The notes beneath the pieces were generated by a model. It did no database searches. It worked only from the letters and a program-made list of their open reading frames with translations, and was not told the origin of the DNA. Positions 46,096 through 59,478 of a DNA stretch of 64,000 nt are shown here, piece by piece. Numbering within the stretch: position 1 is the stretch's first letter; the number at the start of each line of letters is the position of its first letter. The DNA is from Microthyrium microscopicum (Eukaryota). The position numbers and the translations under genes are program-made. The DNA lies in assembly GCA_010405405.1 (NCBI GenBank), contig MU004241.1, forward strand, positions 917,373-981,372, read 5' to 3'.

Positions 46096-47913
46096 ATGTC
46101 GGCCAATAACCCACTACTACCCTCGATATTCGGAGATCCTGGCCTAGATCAGGGCTTGGCCAACGACCAACCAACTGCCACTCTAGGATCCGATCAAGTG
46201 AATCCTCCCGAGCGCACGTCTTCGAAGAGCAACTCCGGATCGACTGCACCCCAAGCTTCTAGTGGCGCTGAAGATGACGAGCTTGACGAGCTTGACGAGG
46301 AGGAGCTTGATGAGCTTGATGAGCTTGATGAAGACGCTAACCCGGAAGAAGACAATGACGACGAGCATTATAGCAATCGCGGCGAATCCTCGCGAATTCC
46401 AACGCAAGGCCGCGTGCCGAGAGAACAATGGATGAAATATACTGCCCCTGATCGCGCAATTGCACAGCAATTGAAGCAACTGGAGTCAAGAAATCTAACT
46501 CGTCATATCCTGAACCTACATGGCCTGAGTCGCAGTGCGACGCAGCCTGCACTCAGGGACAATGAGCGAGATGCCACAGGTATTGCCTTTAGTCGGTTTC
46601 GACCACGTCACACGGAGAAGGTCAAGTGGTTACCGCACGCCAGTTTCACAGCATGGCCGATGCTGCCCAATGATGTGCCACGGAGACAACCTCGTGTATG
46701 GGAAAGCTCTCTGCACAAGCAGGTAGGCTGGACGCCAAGTGAGGAGCTCGAGCAGTCAATATTGGGAGTCATGTTAAGCACTGCTCGAAGTCGGTGGAAT
46801 GTCAGGGAGAGTTCCGAGAGACCCACAGACCTTCGGGAAAACAGACATGAGAAGTCCGCAAATATTAAGGAGGGGCAGATTGGACCAAATGCTGAAGCTG
46901 AAGAGTCCGAAGCTATCTCGGTCCACTCTGACACAGCAGGAGAAGAGGTTCAGTCGCCAATAGTAGCGGAAGAGACTGAGCCTCATACCGCACCTGAAAT
47001 CGCTCAAGACGTGAAAGTTCAGCAGCCAGTAAAGACACCAAATCTCAAACGCAAGCGAGACGATCCCCTTGAACCAGTCTTTTCTGCCGATGATGAACGA
47101 TCACAACGACTGCTGAACCCTATGATCAGGTCGAATATATCCAAGGTGGACAATGTGCTCACTCTTCTTCACAAGAGTCTTCATAAGGAAAAGGAACGTG
47201 AGCGGCGATCAAAAATTCCTACTGCCAGCACCAATAGCACCTCACAAATGGAGTTGGAGCAAGGAGAGATAGATGCCGAAGAGCAGGCACTCGCTGCGAA
47301 TGAGAGCGGAACTAGCAAGACTCAAAACAACAGCCATGGCCATCGACATCGTCATCCTAGACTAGCTCTCAAAGACTGGAGCCACGTCCTAGGTATCGCA
47401 GGATTCGCGGGAATATCGCCCGAAGTTATGTCTCGCGCTGCTACTCGATGTTCTGCCATGTTTGGCGAAAGCATGGCCATCCATTCACTTCACACGGAAG
47501 ATGCATCCACACCAGTTGCGGCGCCGACCATTTTCCAGCCCAGCGATATCCAAAAATCAGACGGCAGCAAGAGGCTCAAAAAGCCATCACGCAAGTGGAT
47601 TCCCTTGCGAGATGGTTGCCCAATCCCAGACTGCGACAAGTTCAAGGAAACTTTCGGTCACATTGATGCCGCAGTTCGTGAACACATGTGGCGTGCTCAT
47701 CGCTGGGACTTGTATGCCACTGATCCTGACTCTCGCGAACTCAAAAGCAGAGGGACGGGCATGGATGATGGTGTTCATGTAGATGGGTTCATGCAGCCTG
47801 TCACTGCTGTCCGCGGTTTTCGGATTAGGAAAGAGAGACAACGGCAGGGAAAATGGCCTGGTAGCTCTGAGAATGAGCAATCTGGCAGTCCTGATGCCGT
47901 GGCGGATTTGTAG
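46096..47913 (+). CDS. RRN9: Rrn9-domain protein (RNA polymerase I upstream activation factor subunit-like)
   Basis: W..YT..DR.IA..L..LE..NLT.HILNLHGL, W.P...FTAWP..P..VPR, LKDWSHVLG.A...G....V..RA..RC..MFGE, GVHVDGFMQPV. Confidence 0.72.
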   Translation: MSANNPLLPSIFGDPGLDQGLANDQPTATLGSDQVNPPERTSSKSNSGSTAPQASSGAEDDELDELDEEELDELDELDEDANPEEDNDDEHYSNRGESSRIPTQGRVPREQWMKYTAPDRAIAQQLKQLESRNLTRHILNLHGLSRSATQPALRDNERDATGIAFSRFRPRHTEKVKWLPHASFTAWPMLPNDVPRRQPRVWESSLHKQVGWTPSEELEQSILGVMLSTARSRWNVRESSERPTDLRENRHEKSANIKEGQIGPNAEAEESEAISVHSDTAGEEVQSPIVAEETEPHTAPEIAQDVKVQQPVKTPNLKRKRDDPLEPVFSADDERSQRLLNPMIRSNISKVDNVLTLLHKSLHKEKERERRSKIPTASTNSTSQMELEQGEIDAEEQALAANESGTSKTQNNSHGHRHRHPRLALKDWSHVLGIAGFAGISPEVMSRAATRCSAMFGESMAIHSLHTEDASTPVAAPTIFQPSDIQKSDGSKRLKKPSRKWIPLRDGCPIPDCDKFKETFGHIDAAVREHMWRAHRWDLYATDPDSRELKSRGTGMDDGVHVDGFMQPVTAVRGFRIRKERQRQGKWPGSSENEQSGSPDAVADL

Positions 47914-49800
47914 GACGAGTGGTGACGTTCTTTGTACGACGGAATTCAAGGGAGATTTTGGAAGCATTCCATGAGGTCAATTGTGGTTAATTGTAACGTC
48001 ATGATTGGAAAGACGATGCAGATCCCAAGGTACACACCTGGAGCCTACACATTTAGCAATCGTATAAGAAAACATATTTCGCTGATGTTGGGCATTAAGC
48101 GAGTGGCACGAGTGGTTATAGGGCAAGGGCCAAAGCGCGCGAACAGCTTTTTATATTGATGATTGCCAGCTGCATTTTGATAGTGACCTGAGCCGCGTAG
48201 TGGAAATAGGAGAGGGAAATCTATAATCTAGCCGCTTTAGTCGACGATTAGGCGATTGCAGTCCAGAGATGCCAAGAAGTGCTTTTTTTTGGTGGAGAAG
48301 ACGCTCACTGGCTGCAGCAAAATGCAAAGAAATGTTGTTGCGCGGCCAATAACCAGCAGAGTTGACGCCCACATTGACCACATGCATGCAAATAGTTCGG
48401 AAGAACTAATGTAAGGTACTGTGCAAGGTACCGTGAACCAGTTTGCAGATTTCAATTGTTGAGACTCGAGAGTCGAGATGGCAATGTCTGAAATATGAAT
48501 AAATCCGGGGCATTGTTCTTTGTCTTTCAACATTTCGGATCCCCGAATCTCACACCCCGAAAGAAGGAGGTCGTTATCTTTCACAAAACTTTACGGCTGA
48601 GACTATGATTGATATGCACTTTTCTAGGCTGTTATTGGCCACAATGAGATGAGATATCTGTGGCGGACACTCCTCGAGGCCATGTGCCAGCTAATTTTTG
48701 GGATTATGGGCCCAAAATTGACCATGCAATCTTCAGGTGGATCGCTGCAAATAATGCAGGTTCACTGCATGATGGATTGATGGACAACTTGACCTTTGGA
48801 CCTGCATGATCATTGATGCAGCTAATAGGATCCCGCTCCTCTTATCCAGCCTTATGGACCGTAGAGACAATTTCAGTGCTCAGTAGCATTGGATGACAAG
48901 CCTCTTAATTTGAAGGATACAACACTCCAGATGATAATGCCAGGCTTTGTGACTCGACGGATTACTGAAGGCCCCGCTCAAGCTGTCAGCAGGATCTGGT
49001 GTCATAATAATCTCAATGATATTAAATTGTTTCCAGGGTTTGACATTTGACGTTGCGTCTGACCCCTGCCTGGTTCAACAATGCATCACTCTCCAGAGGT
49101 ACGATACCTGATTTTTCTGCCACGTCCTACGTGCTACAGATTGATCAAAAGACGGATATCTCGGCGGATAGAACACAGGTGTTGAAGGCATGTTCAATTG
49201 GATAATTTGCTTGTTCGCGTGAGCGCCGAGCGGCCTGGCCGTGGTTAAGCAACGGGCTAGGCGCGCCATCAGTGCACCGTTCTCCCGCTGTGACCAACAG
49301 TAGCCAGCCGAGCAAGACAAGCGATAGCTAGCGGATTCTAGAGGGAAAGCAAACGGCAAACCCGCTCTGAAATCCGGTGGATGCCCAGTAATAATCGGCG
49401 GCTCTGGGTCGCTGGGCCGGAGAGTGCAGAGTGCAGAAGACAACAATCAGCAGGTCATCTAAAGACTAAGAGACATGGCCCTTTTTGGAACGACCTTATC
49501 ATCATCACCGTTCAAGCACTGCCCTGTCCATTTTTCCATTCCTTCCCTTCCCAAACTTTCCCTTTCCCCAGTCACTCCTTCCTTTGGATCCTGCCCTCTG
49601 CTTGGATCGTCCTTTCCTTACACTGCACACTTCTTTATTCGCGACTTCTTCCTTACTTCACTCTACTCCTTCCCCATTCTCTCTTCAAATATACCATCAT
49701 CGCGCCTTCCGCAAGATCAACTCTCCGTCTTCACAGCACCCCCTCTCGCAAATCCACCTAATAAACTTTTTCCAAAAAGAATCTCAGCCTTACCTACAAA

Positions 49801-50588
49801 ATGCGCTTCTTCACTCTCGCCATCTCAGCGGTGTCGCTACTCGCCGGCTATGTCGCCGCAGAAAACAACCCTATCATCTTCCCCGGCCAAGGCGCGGCCA
49901 TCCAAGCCGGCACCGCGGTTGAAATCAAATGGACTCCAACAACCACCGGCCCAGTAACTCTAACTCTGCGATTCGGCAGCTCAGCCAACCTCGCAACTGG
50001 CGCTCCCATTGCTGGTAAGTTTTCCCCAGTTATCCCCAATGCCGTAGCTCTCTCGGCCCTGTCCCTGCCCACGCGAAAGCAGTCACACGACATCTACGGA
50101 AACCGCAGCCGCCATCCCAGGGCGAAAACAGCACGAAACACAACACCCGCAATCGTGCAAGAAAACCACACTGACATGTCCTTTTAGGCTCCGTCCCCAA
50201 CTCGGGAACCTTCACATGGAACGTGCCGAGCGACATTGGCTCTGGTACCTGGTCCATTGCCATTACTGGCGGCAGTGATACCAACTACTCGCCCTTCTTC
50301 ACTGTTACTGGTGGCACCGGCACCCAGGGTGCTTATGGCAAGACCTCGACCACCACCACCGTCTCGTCCACATCTACCACCAGCAGCGGCACCACTACCT
50401 CCAAGTCCTCCAGCGCATCAACCACAGATGCTTCATCTACGTCCTCAAAGTCTTCCACAGGCACTGCGTCGCCAGCATCAACGACTTCAAGCAAGAGTAG
50501 CTCGGTACCCAGCTCGGGCGCGTCGCTGCAGATGGGAGGCAACGTCGCCGCAGCTATAGGCTTAGGCGCATTCGCTATTCTCGTGTAA
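49801..50588 (+). CDS. GPI-anchored Ser/Thr-rich wall protein with Kre9/Knh1-like N-terminal Ig domain
   Basis: Signal peptide; NPIIFP....IQAGTAVEIKWTPTTTGPVTLTLRFG...IA/..PNSGTFTWNVP...NYSPFF; S/T stalk; GPI signal; intron 50014-50188. Confidence 0.88.
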
Positions 50589-51225
50589 AATCGGGCCTTA
50601 GCGTTGCGTATGTGCGCTGCTTCAGCTTGCGTGCGTTGTTTTTTCTGCCAATTGACACGGTCGTCATTCTTTTTTCCGGGGTTCGTACCAAGCCATTGTT
50701 ATTGCATGCTAGGTGTGTTGGTTTCGCATAGTCAGTCGATAGAGGAAGAGATATTCTCCATCCTTGTTAGTCTCGTTATTTTCAGAGAGCAGAGAAGCAC
50801 CGGATTTCTATTCCTGGGCAATGGGAAGGGATGTTTTGTCTGGGTTGAATGTGTATTTTTACCGTGGTACCACCTTGATCGGGTGTGTATGCCTGGCAAA
50901 ATCAGCCGTGGCAGGATGGAATGTTTGGAGTAGTTTTCGCTAAACTGTTGTAATGGAATCTGTAACACCCTTGACTGTCGTCTTTCCTCGCGTATGTGCG
51001 GCATTTTTGTTCTGGGTGCAGCTGAGGAATGTAGAGGCCAATGCCAGCGTTTCTGCAGCACACCACTACACGAGGCAATATTGGAAGAAAATGCATGTGT
51101 ACGAGAATATTGCCAGCTACTTAAGGAACCGGGCGACGTTCAGCTTAAGTTTCTTCACAGACCTCGTATTCACAGCTGATGATCCAAGAAGTTACGCGTT
51201 TTTTGAAACGAAACCAACGGCCCGT

Positions 51226-53897
51226 TAGTGATGCAGCCCTGGGGTAAGTTGTACACCGTTAATCCGCTAAGACCTGAGCATCTAATTAGAGGGCTAGAAT
51301 CCCGCTCACCCAAAATCATCAATTATCTAAAGATATAATAACTTTATAATTACTTAACTAAATATAATATTTTTAGTGTTGTTTTAAAGGTTAAAACCTA
51401 TATTAGAATTATTTATATCTCTTTACAACTTTTGAATATAATCTATAGCGTTATCTATAGCTTACTAAGTTAATTCTTTAACTTTATAGGCTTTAAGCGT
51501 ATTCTTTAGTATATCTAACCCTTCTTTATTACTTACGTCTAGCTTTATTAAATTAGATTGCTAGCGCTTATAAAATAGATTATTAAGAACGTCTTCTTCA
51601 TTAGTATTAAATATATACTAATAGATAGGTCTAAATAAATTACCTTTAACATAATAGGCCCTAGATTATACTATAAGTTAATTAAGCTTTTTACTATTTA
51701 TATAGCTAAAAACTAATATATTTATATGCTTTATAGTTAGTTATGTATAATAAGGATTTTAGACCTAATTAATTACTAAAAACGATCTTTCTAAGGATAT
51801 AGAATTAGTTATTATTTTAAATAGTCTAATAGCGACCTTAGATAATATTAGACTAGCTATTTAAAGACATTCCTAGAAATGTAGTAGTTATTAGTAAGTC
51901 TACGTTTTAGCTTAATTATTAGATATTGTAAAAGCGTCCTATTAGTTTCTAAAAGCTTTAAAGGTAAAGTAGATATTATTAACTACATTTTGGGCCTTCT
52001 TTTGATTATCTTTTAATATAAAATTACGAGCCTTAAAGCGTTTATTAAGGGCTTAAAGATAGGCTAAATATCTCTTTAGAGATAGCGATTTAGTAAGATT
52101 TATAGTAGTAGGATCTAGTAAGTATACTAGGTAGTTATTATTAGTAATCTATTCGTTATAGCATTTATCTTAAAGTTAAAGTAGTTCTTATTAAATACTA
52201 TAGATTCTAGGGATCTTTAGGTATTCTATAGTAAGTATTAACTAGCTTGCTCTAACCTTCTTCTAGCCTTTAATTACTACGCCTAAATAGTGTTTTAGGC
52301 CCTTAGATTCTTTTTGTACTATATAAAGAGGCTTATAAATCCGTTAAAGAAACTTTACGTCATGCTAAAACTATAAGCTCTTTATAAGACTAAAAAGAGG
52401 TCTATTTTTAGCTCACGTCGCTATAGTATCTTCTAGTATCTTTGTATAATAAGTAAAAGCTTTAAATGCTACTTTACTACATATAAGTAATTAAATTATA
52501 CTATACTAAGACTTCTAGCAAGTAATAACTAATAATCTAATACTATAGGTCTTACTTATAAGCTTTTAACGTTAAAACTTACGGAGTTATCTAAAATATA
52601 GCTTCTATATCCTAAACTAGACTATAAGCTTAGTAATCTTTGCTAAAATAGCTTCTAGAGTAGGAATTTACTCTAAAATGTTTTTTATAAGAAGCTAAAG
52701 ACCATGAGAATCATAAAGAATAAAAGAACATTTCTTAAAAGCTTCTTAAGGGTATTTTTAAAGTATATTTACAATATAACGTATAGTAGTATACGTATTA
52801 AAGCTAATTAAATTAACGCATAAGAGATCTTTATTAGTCTACTTCTCTAGGGCATATAATAGATGTATTATTAACACTAAAGCTATAGTATATTTTCTAC
52901 CTAAATTAACGACTTTAAGATAGAAAGAACTAAGTAATAGTACTATAACATAAAAATTAGTTATTTATTAACCCACGCAATTAGTACTCTCGTCTAATAA
53001 GAAGTTTAAGAAAGGTTAGTTCTTAAACACTATTTAAAGCTTTATAAGATTATCGTTATAGATATCTTTAATAAGATCTAGTATTTAGCTTCTCTATAGA
53101 GATAAATAAGTAGGAATATTTATTAATCTAGCACTTTCTACTTTATATATAAAAGTTGTAGGATAATATATTCTATTATAGCTATTTAATAAAAGAGCCT
53201 CTTAAATAACTCTCTTTATATAATGTCTATTTTATTAAATTCGCTATTAAGTATATAAAGTTACTATAGAAGATTAAATTACTATAAGCGTAGCTTAGAC
53301 TATAAGAAGATAGTTTTTTAAGTAAGTATATTCTTTAAATTAATTTAGATTAAGACATAACTAATAATTATAATAACGATAGGAATATTAATTAGCTTTA
53401 AAGGCAGTGTCCTTTAGTAGTAATATCTAGTATTGTAGAATATCTACTTGCTATTATAAAGTTTAATTTAGCTTCCTAGAATGTATTATAATAAAAAACG
53501 ACGAAAAAATCATTAAAAGAATATTATATTTCTAAAGATAAATAGAATTTACAAATATACTTTAGATTATAAAATTATTTATACTATTATATAGAGTAGA
53601 ATAAGATAAATACGTAAATGTTAAAAAAATTTCATTTTAGGACCTAAATGCTATTATAATTGTCTAGTAATCTTAATACTAATCTTTATAAAGTTATTAT
53701 AGTATAAAAGGAGGTATAAAGATTAGGACTAAAAGAATGCTAACCCTAATAAAGCTATAAAGATGCTAAATATATTACGTATCCTTTTATTATACTAATT
53801 ATATTAGTTACTCTACGCGGATCTGGTATACCTGTATTTTAACGCGGTGTACCGTCGATCGTTGTACACGGATTAAGTGCCTTAATCTGCATCACTA
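51226..53897 (-). mobile_element. hAT-superfamily DNA transposon, RIP-inactivated
   Basis: Perfect 11-bp TIR TAGTGATGCAG/CTGCATCACTA; exact 8-bp TSD CGGCCCGT (51218-51225, 53898-53905); minus-strand dimerisation-domain relic F*ECL..ASLILSKVAIRLFKIITNSISLERSF near 51780-51880. Confidence 0.92.
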
Positions 53898-54752
53898 CGG
53901 CCCGTTCAGGCTTCAGCCGCAGATGATCTTTTTCGTTGAACAGTCGCCATTGCATCTGAAACAACTCCACAATAAAGAATACAGAATCGTTCGAGTTTGG
54001 CACGCTAAAAACAATCCAGCAGAAGCGTTGCTGTCAGACAGGGAAGGGCCGCGCGGAAGCATGCATGTTCTACCTCAGCCGCAGATGCTTCATTCATCCT
54101 TGGGAATACGAGGATAGCTCGAAGAGTGATGTGATTTGGTAGTACTACTATGTGCTGCGCCTGTAGACGAGCGCGACAGGTTATCCAAATATTAATTGGT
54201 CATTTTAAGAGAGTGGGTGAGCATGAGGGATCATCCTGTCAAGGCGAGTGGATGCTGTCAAGGCAGATGATTCGATATGACGGTTGGTTTTGGAAAGGGA
54301 AGGAATCATGGTCTAATACAAAATCTTCCGCTTGATCGTAGGACTTGATTGACGAATTGGAAGAAATGGTCTTTGAAGGATTTACAGGAATTCTGGGGTT
54401 GATATTGCTCTGAATGAGCCTCTTTTTCCACGGGAGTTATGGGCAACTCCATGTCAGTCGGTTCGGAAAATACTTTGAGAACCTAGTTGGGTCCGAGGGA
54501 CTTACCCAGGTAGGTAATTGCGACTAGACAAGTAAAGATTTGATATCAAGATATTATAGCATCGGTAGCAAAGCGCGGACAAGATCACAGTTTTATCAGT
54601 AGACAGGTTTCCAACAAGCTGTGATTAACTAAAGCTAATGATATGGTATCGTACGCAATGCTGAAAATATCCAAAACTTTTCAGGTCTAGTACTGACCAT
54701 AACACGCCAACCATTCGTCATCAATTCGTCTGCTTTGCGTAGAAAGGCGCCA

Positions 54753-56311
54753 TTACTCTATCGCAACATCATTGTCGTCCTCAGCGCGATAATGCTCCGC
54801 GACAAGGAAAGCCAACTCTAGTGCTTGCTTTTCGTTCAGTCGTGGATCGCAGTAGGTGGTATAGTTGAGGCTGAGATCTTCCTCTTCTAGACCTTCACTG
54901 CCACCGACACATTCTGTCACTGCCTCTCCAGTGAGTTCGAGATGCATGCCGCCTAGATACGAATCATGCAGCTTGTGAATGCGCAAAGCTGAAGCAAGCT
55001 CCTTGAAGATGGCAGCGAAAGAGCGAGTTTTCACTCCCGTAGACGTCGAATGAGTGTTACTAAAGAACATCAGTAGGGAGAACGGGTTAAGCAATCGAAT
55101 GACTTACCCGTGCATTGGATCACACTGCCAGACAACGATATGCCCACTGGCTTTGACGGCATCGATATGTGCGCCAAGTTTGTCTTCGACCTTGCCCGCG
55201 CCATATCTTGTGATGAGGGTGACCTTTCCAATCTCTTTCTTTGGATTGACGATATCAAGCAACTCTACAAGCTCCGAATTCTCCATGGTCGGGCCAACCT
55301 TAATACCAATAGGATTTTCCAATCCACGGAAGAACTCAACATGCCCACCATTCAACTGTCTCGTCCGATCGCCAATCCAAAGAAAGTGCGCCGACGTTGA
55401 GTAATACCCAAACGCCTCATCATCATCCAAATCATCCACCAGCCCATTCGCCGTCATCCGCACCCGCGAAGGTCGTCTCCGCGATGGGAAACCAGCAGGT
55501 TTCCGCAACCGTCGAACCAGCGCCTCCTCATACTCCAACACCAAACCCTCATGACTCGAGAACAAATCCACCGTCTTCAACTGTCCAGCCGTATCCGCAC
55601 CAATCGTCCGCATGAAGCGTAGCGAATCGCGAATACTATCCACGATCCGTCCATACTTCACCTGCAGATCCGGATCACGTACATGCCCCAGTCCCCAATC
55701 CATCGGACTATGTAGATCCGCAATGCCACTAGCCAATTGCGCACGCACATAATTCATCGTCGCTGCAGAATGCATATACGCATCCCTCAACCTATTCGGA
55801 TCCAGCGCGCGCTCATGCACCTCATACCCATTCAGAATATCTCCACGAAAGCTAGGCGCAGTGGTGCCGTCAGGTAGCGTTTCCGTAGGGCTACTGCGCG
55901 GTTTCGCGTACTGTCCGGCCATGCGCGCAATACGCACGACGGGTTTGTTGGCGCCCCAAATGAGCACTAAACTCATCTGTAGAAGGAGTTTGATCTTGGC
56001 GTCAATGGGTCCGGCTTCGCAGTAGGAGAAGAGTTCGGCGCAGTCGCCGCCTTGGAGGAGGAAGGCGGAGCCTTGGGCGACATCGCGGAGGGCGTTGCGG
56101 AGGGTTTGGATTTCGGTGGGTGTGACGATTGGAGGGAGGGAGCGCAGGTTTGTGAGGACGGAGTTGAGAGCGGTAGGATCAGGATAATCGACGGCTTGTT
56201 TGATGGGCTTGGTGCGCCAGGCTGGATGTTAGGTTAGGAGTGCGAGGGGTGTTTGTAAAGGTCAATGGTCTTACAGGTTGGACTCCATTGAGAGTTGGCG
56301 GCTGCAGGCAT
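54753..56311 (-). CDS. Class II DAHP synthase (3-deoxy-7-phosphoheptulonate synthase)
   Basis: FLLQGGDCAELF, RIARMAGQYAKPRSSPTE, SFRGDILNG, HFLWIGDRTRQ, NPIGIKVGP, WQCDPMHG/NT, GGMHLELTG, YTTYCDPRLN; two introns. Confidence 0.95.
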
Positions 56312-56453
56312 GGCGATGATACTAGTTTTGTATGCAGTGCGCTATCTATGAATGTATAATGGCGGTTGGAAGAAGCTCTACTGCTCAATAGCGATTTTTA
56401 AGAACAAAGAACAATGAGCGGCGAGTTATGAACTAAATAGTCACACAATGTCG

Positions 56454-56460
56454 TGAGTCA
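56454..56460. promoter_or_regulatory. Gcn4/CpcA consensus site TGAGTCA upstream of DAHP synthase
   Basis: Exact TGA(C/G)TCA ~143 bp upstream of the DAHP synthase ATG, in the divergent promoter shared with the HYPK-like gene. Confidence 0.5.
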
Positions 56461-56684
56461 CAAAGAAAGGGTACTGAGTAACTTAGGTAAAATAATTCAT
56501 TTTTATAGAGCACTTGAGGCGTCGAGTACCCACGCCCTTCATTAAGGTACAGGAGCTCGAGCCTCATCCGTCCATTGCTTTACTGCCATTGGTCCATCTG
56601 CCTAAGCTACAATTCCACCCCACATTTCCATCTTCAATTTTTAGACTTCATTTCTTCCCATTACAAACTTCCACGAAACACATC

Positions 56685-57104
56685 ATGGCATCCGAACCCC
56701 AGCCATCCACCGTCCATGAGGGCGCAGACAATGAAGATGCTCCAGTACCAACCAATGCCGAAGACCGCAAGACCGCGGCGGCCATGTCCAACCTGGAAGG
56801 ACGGGGCGATGAAGACGACAGCCGAAACGGGAAGCATGTCGATGCCGAGGCATTAGGCAAGGCTATGCAATCTCTTAGTGTTGAGAGCGGAGCGGACAAA
56901 GCTGCGGAAAAAAAGGTCAAGGTCGAGGCTGTGGATGTCTCGTTACTGGTATGAAGCTCTATTTTATTATACTGTGTGGTAGATTCTAATATGATATAGG
57001 TTGAGCAATTGGAACTCTCGAAGATAAAAGCAACAGAACTACTCAAAGCGCATGAGGGAGATGCTGTAAAAGCTATGACTGCTTTTGTCATGGCAGCTGT
57101 ATGA
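56685..57104 (+). CDS. HYPK-like protein (NatA/NAC-associated, C-terminal UBA-like domain)
   Basis: AEDRKTAAAMSNL...KVKVEAVDVSLL/VEQLELSKIKATELLKAHEGDAVKAM; intron 56949-56999. Confidence 0.85.
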
Positions 57105-57633
57105 TAGATTCGATGTAAAAAATCCATGTACACCTTTCAGGATATCGCCGTTGTTACGGCCCCTATCTCGAGGTGCGTTCTATATCCAAGTTGATTCAAA
57201 TACAGCCTCTGTAGTATTTGTTCATTGTGCTAAATGCAGTCAGTCAGCAGACATGTTACACGTCCTCAAGGGAATCGTGCCATTCCTGGAACGGATTTAC
57301 GTCTCGCTATGTCGAATTCATAGACCACATCAAGTCACAAAGAGAGATAATTTTTGGTTAAGATTACTTTGATTTATTTTTTAAACTTGGGGTGAACCCC
57401 TTTTAGTTTTTACTATTATACCGGGGAGAGAATGACCATTCTACTGTAGAGGGGACCCATCCTCTGCCTTAGCCAAACCGATTATACCAATTCACTCTTA
57501 CAAATGGAAAGATTAACGACCAAACTTCACCGCTTATACCAATTTGCGCTTATGAATGAAAAGTGTAACGACCGGAATTTTACCTGATGACCCACCCGGC
57601 GGACGACAGTCGCCACCACCACCACGAGAAGTC

Positions 57634-58842
57634 CTACGCTGCCCGTCTAGAAATGATAGAACCGCACGAAGGACAGTGGTTGAGATCACTGAACGCATCC
57701 TCACCCTGATCTTCCCACCCTGACCAACAGTCGTGGCAAAGCTCACACTTCATTGCGCACAAGTAGCGATGTTTCGATCGGGTTTCTCGCCAAACCTTTT
57801 GATCGCAAATTGCGCACCGGAGGGTGTAGATGCGGGTTATCATGTGCTGGGATTGTGGGTTGCGGATACGATTGAAGCCTCCGCCGTTTTGACGATACCG
57901 ACGTCCCTCTGTCTCCAACCCCTGTGTTAAACGTCGCCCATCGTTGGCTGCGGCAGGGCCTTTGCCTCGTGGACGAGGTTTTATGCCACCGGTGTAAATG
58001 GTAGAGGGGATGCCGTAATCCTCTGGACGACGGGGGATGGAGATGTTGCCGCCGTCTGGTCGAGCGTAGCCTTGGTTGAGACGGTTGTTGTGGGTTTGCT
58101 CTCGCTGAAGTCGCTCGGCGGCGGTTTCACGAGGGGCGGGCTGTGGGGATGCTGAACGAAGACGAATGCGACGAGTGCGGATCGCAAGATTCGAAACGCT
58201 GAATGTTGAACGGGACTTTTGAGGAATGGGTGGGTTTGTGTCTGTTACAGACATAACGGGGCCCGTTGGACGCGAGCTCGATCCATCCATTAGGGAAGGA
58301 GGAGATGGCGTAGTTGGTGCATCCGGCATCTCAATGTCCTCCTGGTTGATTTTGGCTGTGCTATTTTGCATTACTCGGAGTTCATCCAATGAAGGAACCG
58401 GCAATCCGACTGGGCCTTGAAGGTTTTTGTGGTCCATTCCTCGACGGCGGAAATGCTGGCGGATCACTTGCCACTGTTGCAAAGGTGTGCGGCCTGGGCA
58501 GTGCACTTGAATTCGCACAAAGATACCAAGCTTCTCGCGCTCAGCTTCGGTAGAAAGTGGATCGTCCTGGGCTGGGATGAGTTGACGAGCTGTCCATAGT
58601 GGAATGTAGTCGCCGGGCCATGAATCGCTGAACGCTTGCATAGTGACTGGGCAAGGACGACAGCGCATGACTTGCTGGACTGTGGGTGCTGTGGTAGCAG
58701 AAGGACGGTTGTTGAGATGAAGGGCAAGGACACCGACAGCTTTACGACATGCATAGCAACGGCAGAACATGTACATGCTGGGTTGTACTGGCTGATTGCT
58801 TGGGCCGGGAGAGCCGTCAGCGAAAGGATTGAAATCGGACAT
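57634..58842 (-). CDS. Hypothetical protein with N-terminal and C-terminal (RING-like) Cys clusters
   Basis: ~400-aa intronless ORF; CRCYAC..CRPCP; C-terminal CAIC...H...C..KCELC..C...CPSC. Start may instead be 58896. Confidence 0.65.
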   Translation of the reverse strand: MSDFNPFADGSPGPSNQPVQPSMYMFCRCYACRKAVGVLALHLNNRPSATTAPTVQQVMRCRPCPVTMQAFSDSWPGDYIPLWTARQLIPAQDDPLSTEAEREKLGIFVRIQVHCPGRTPLQQWQVIRQHFRRRGMDHKNLQGPVGLPVPSLDELRVMQNSTAKINQEDIEMPDAPTTPSPPSLMDGSSSRPTGPVMSVTDTNPPIPQKSRSTFSVSNLAIRTRRIRLRSASPQPAPRETAAERLQREQTHNNRLNQGYARPDGGNISIPRRPEDYGIPSTIYTGGIKPRPRGKGPAAANDGRRLTQGLETEGRRYRQNGGGFNRIRNPQSQHMITRIYTLRCAICDQKVWRETRSKHRYLCAMKCELCHDCWSGWEDQGEDAFSDLNHCPSCGSIISRRAA

Positions 58843-59478
58843 TGTGAAGTTGTACAAGCTATGCTTGGTTTTGGGGGGTTTAGGATTAAACTCCATGGTC
58901 AGGACGAAAAGTCTATAAGTTGCTTCTCTTTTCCTACCTCAAGGGCCATATTTAAGTATAATGTCACTGTGGTTGACTTCAGTACCATGGTTTCTGCGTA
59001 CCATAGATCTTTGATGATGCCTTGGCCCAGCACATCCATCTAGCTGACCTCCAGCAACACCTCAATTTCTATCTTGAAAATTTCCCAAGTTATCAACAAA
59101 GACTATGTTCTGGAATTAACTACGCGTAAGACTAAGGTGCATTTCACCGCGTGGCTCAAGTACGAGCGACTAAGCATGGCATTTGCTTATGAAATTATGA
59201 TAGAGCTTCAGCCAATTTTCTTCATTCATTTGCCTTTTCCATAACGAGCTAAATACAAGAATTTAATCACAACATTTGAGTGTACATAGCAATACACAAG
59301 TAAATCGTCCAGATATGAAAATGCCCCCTTTTTCTTTGTTTACTTCATTAGTGAAAAGACCGGTGCTTGATTTTTCACCCGGTACGAGTGGCCATGACAA
59401 GAAATTTTGGTCCGGGAGGCACCCTACAGCCGTGACACCAGCGCAGATATAATATATACGTTTAATGTCAAGAAGCGA

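Noticed and set aside
53740..53750. CTAACCCTAA telomere-like motif
   Set aside because: Under two units, inside a RIPed transposon.
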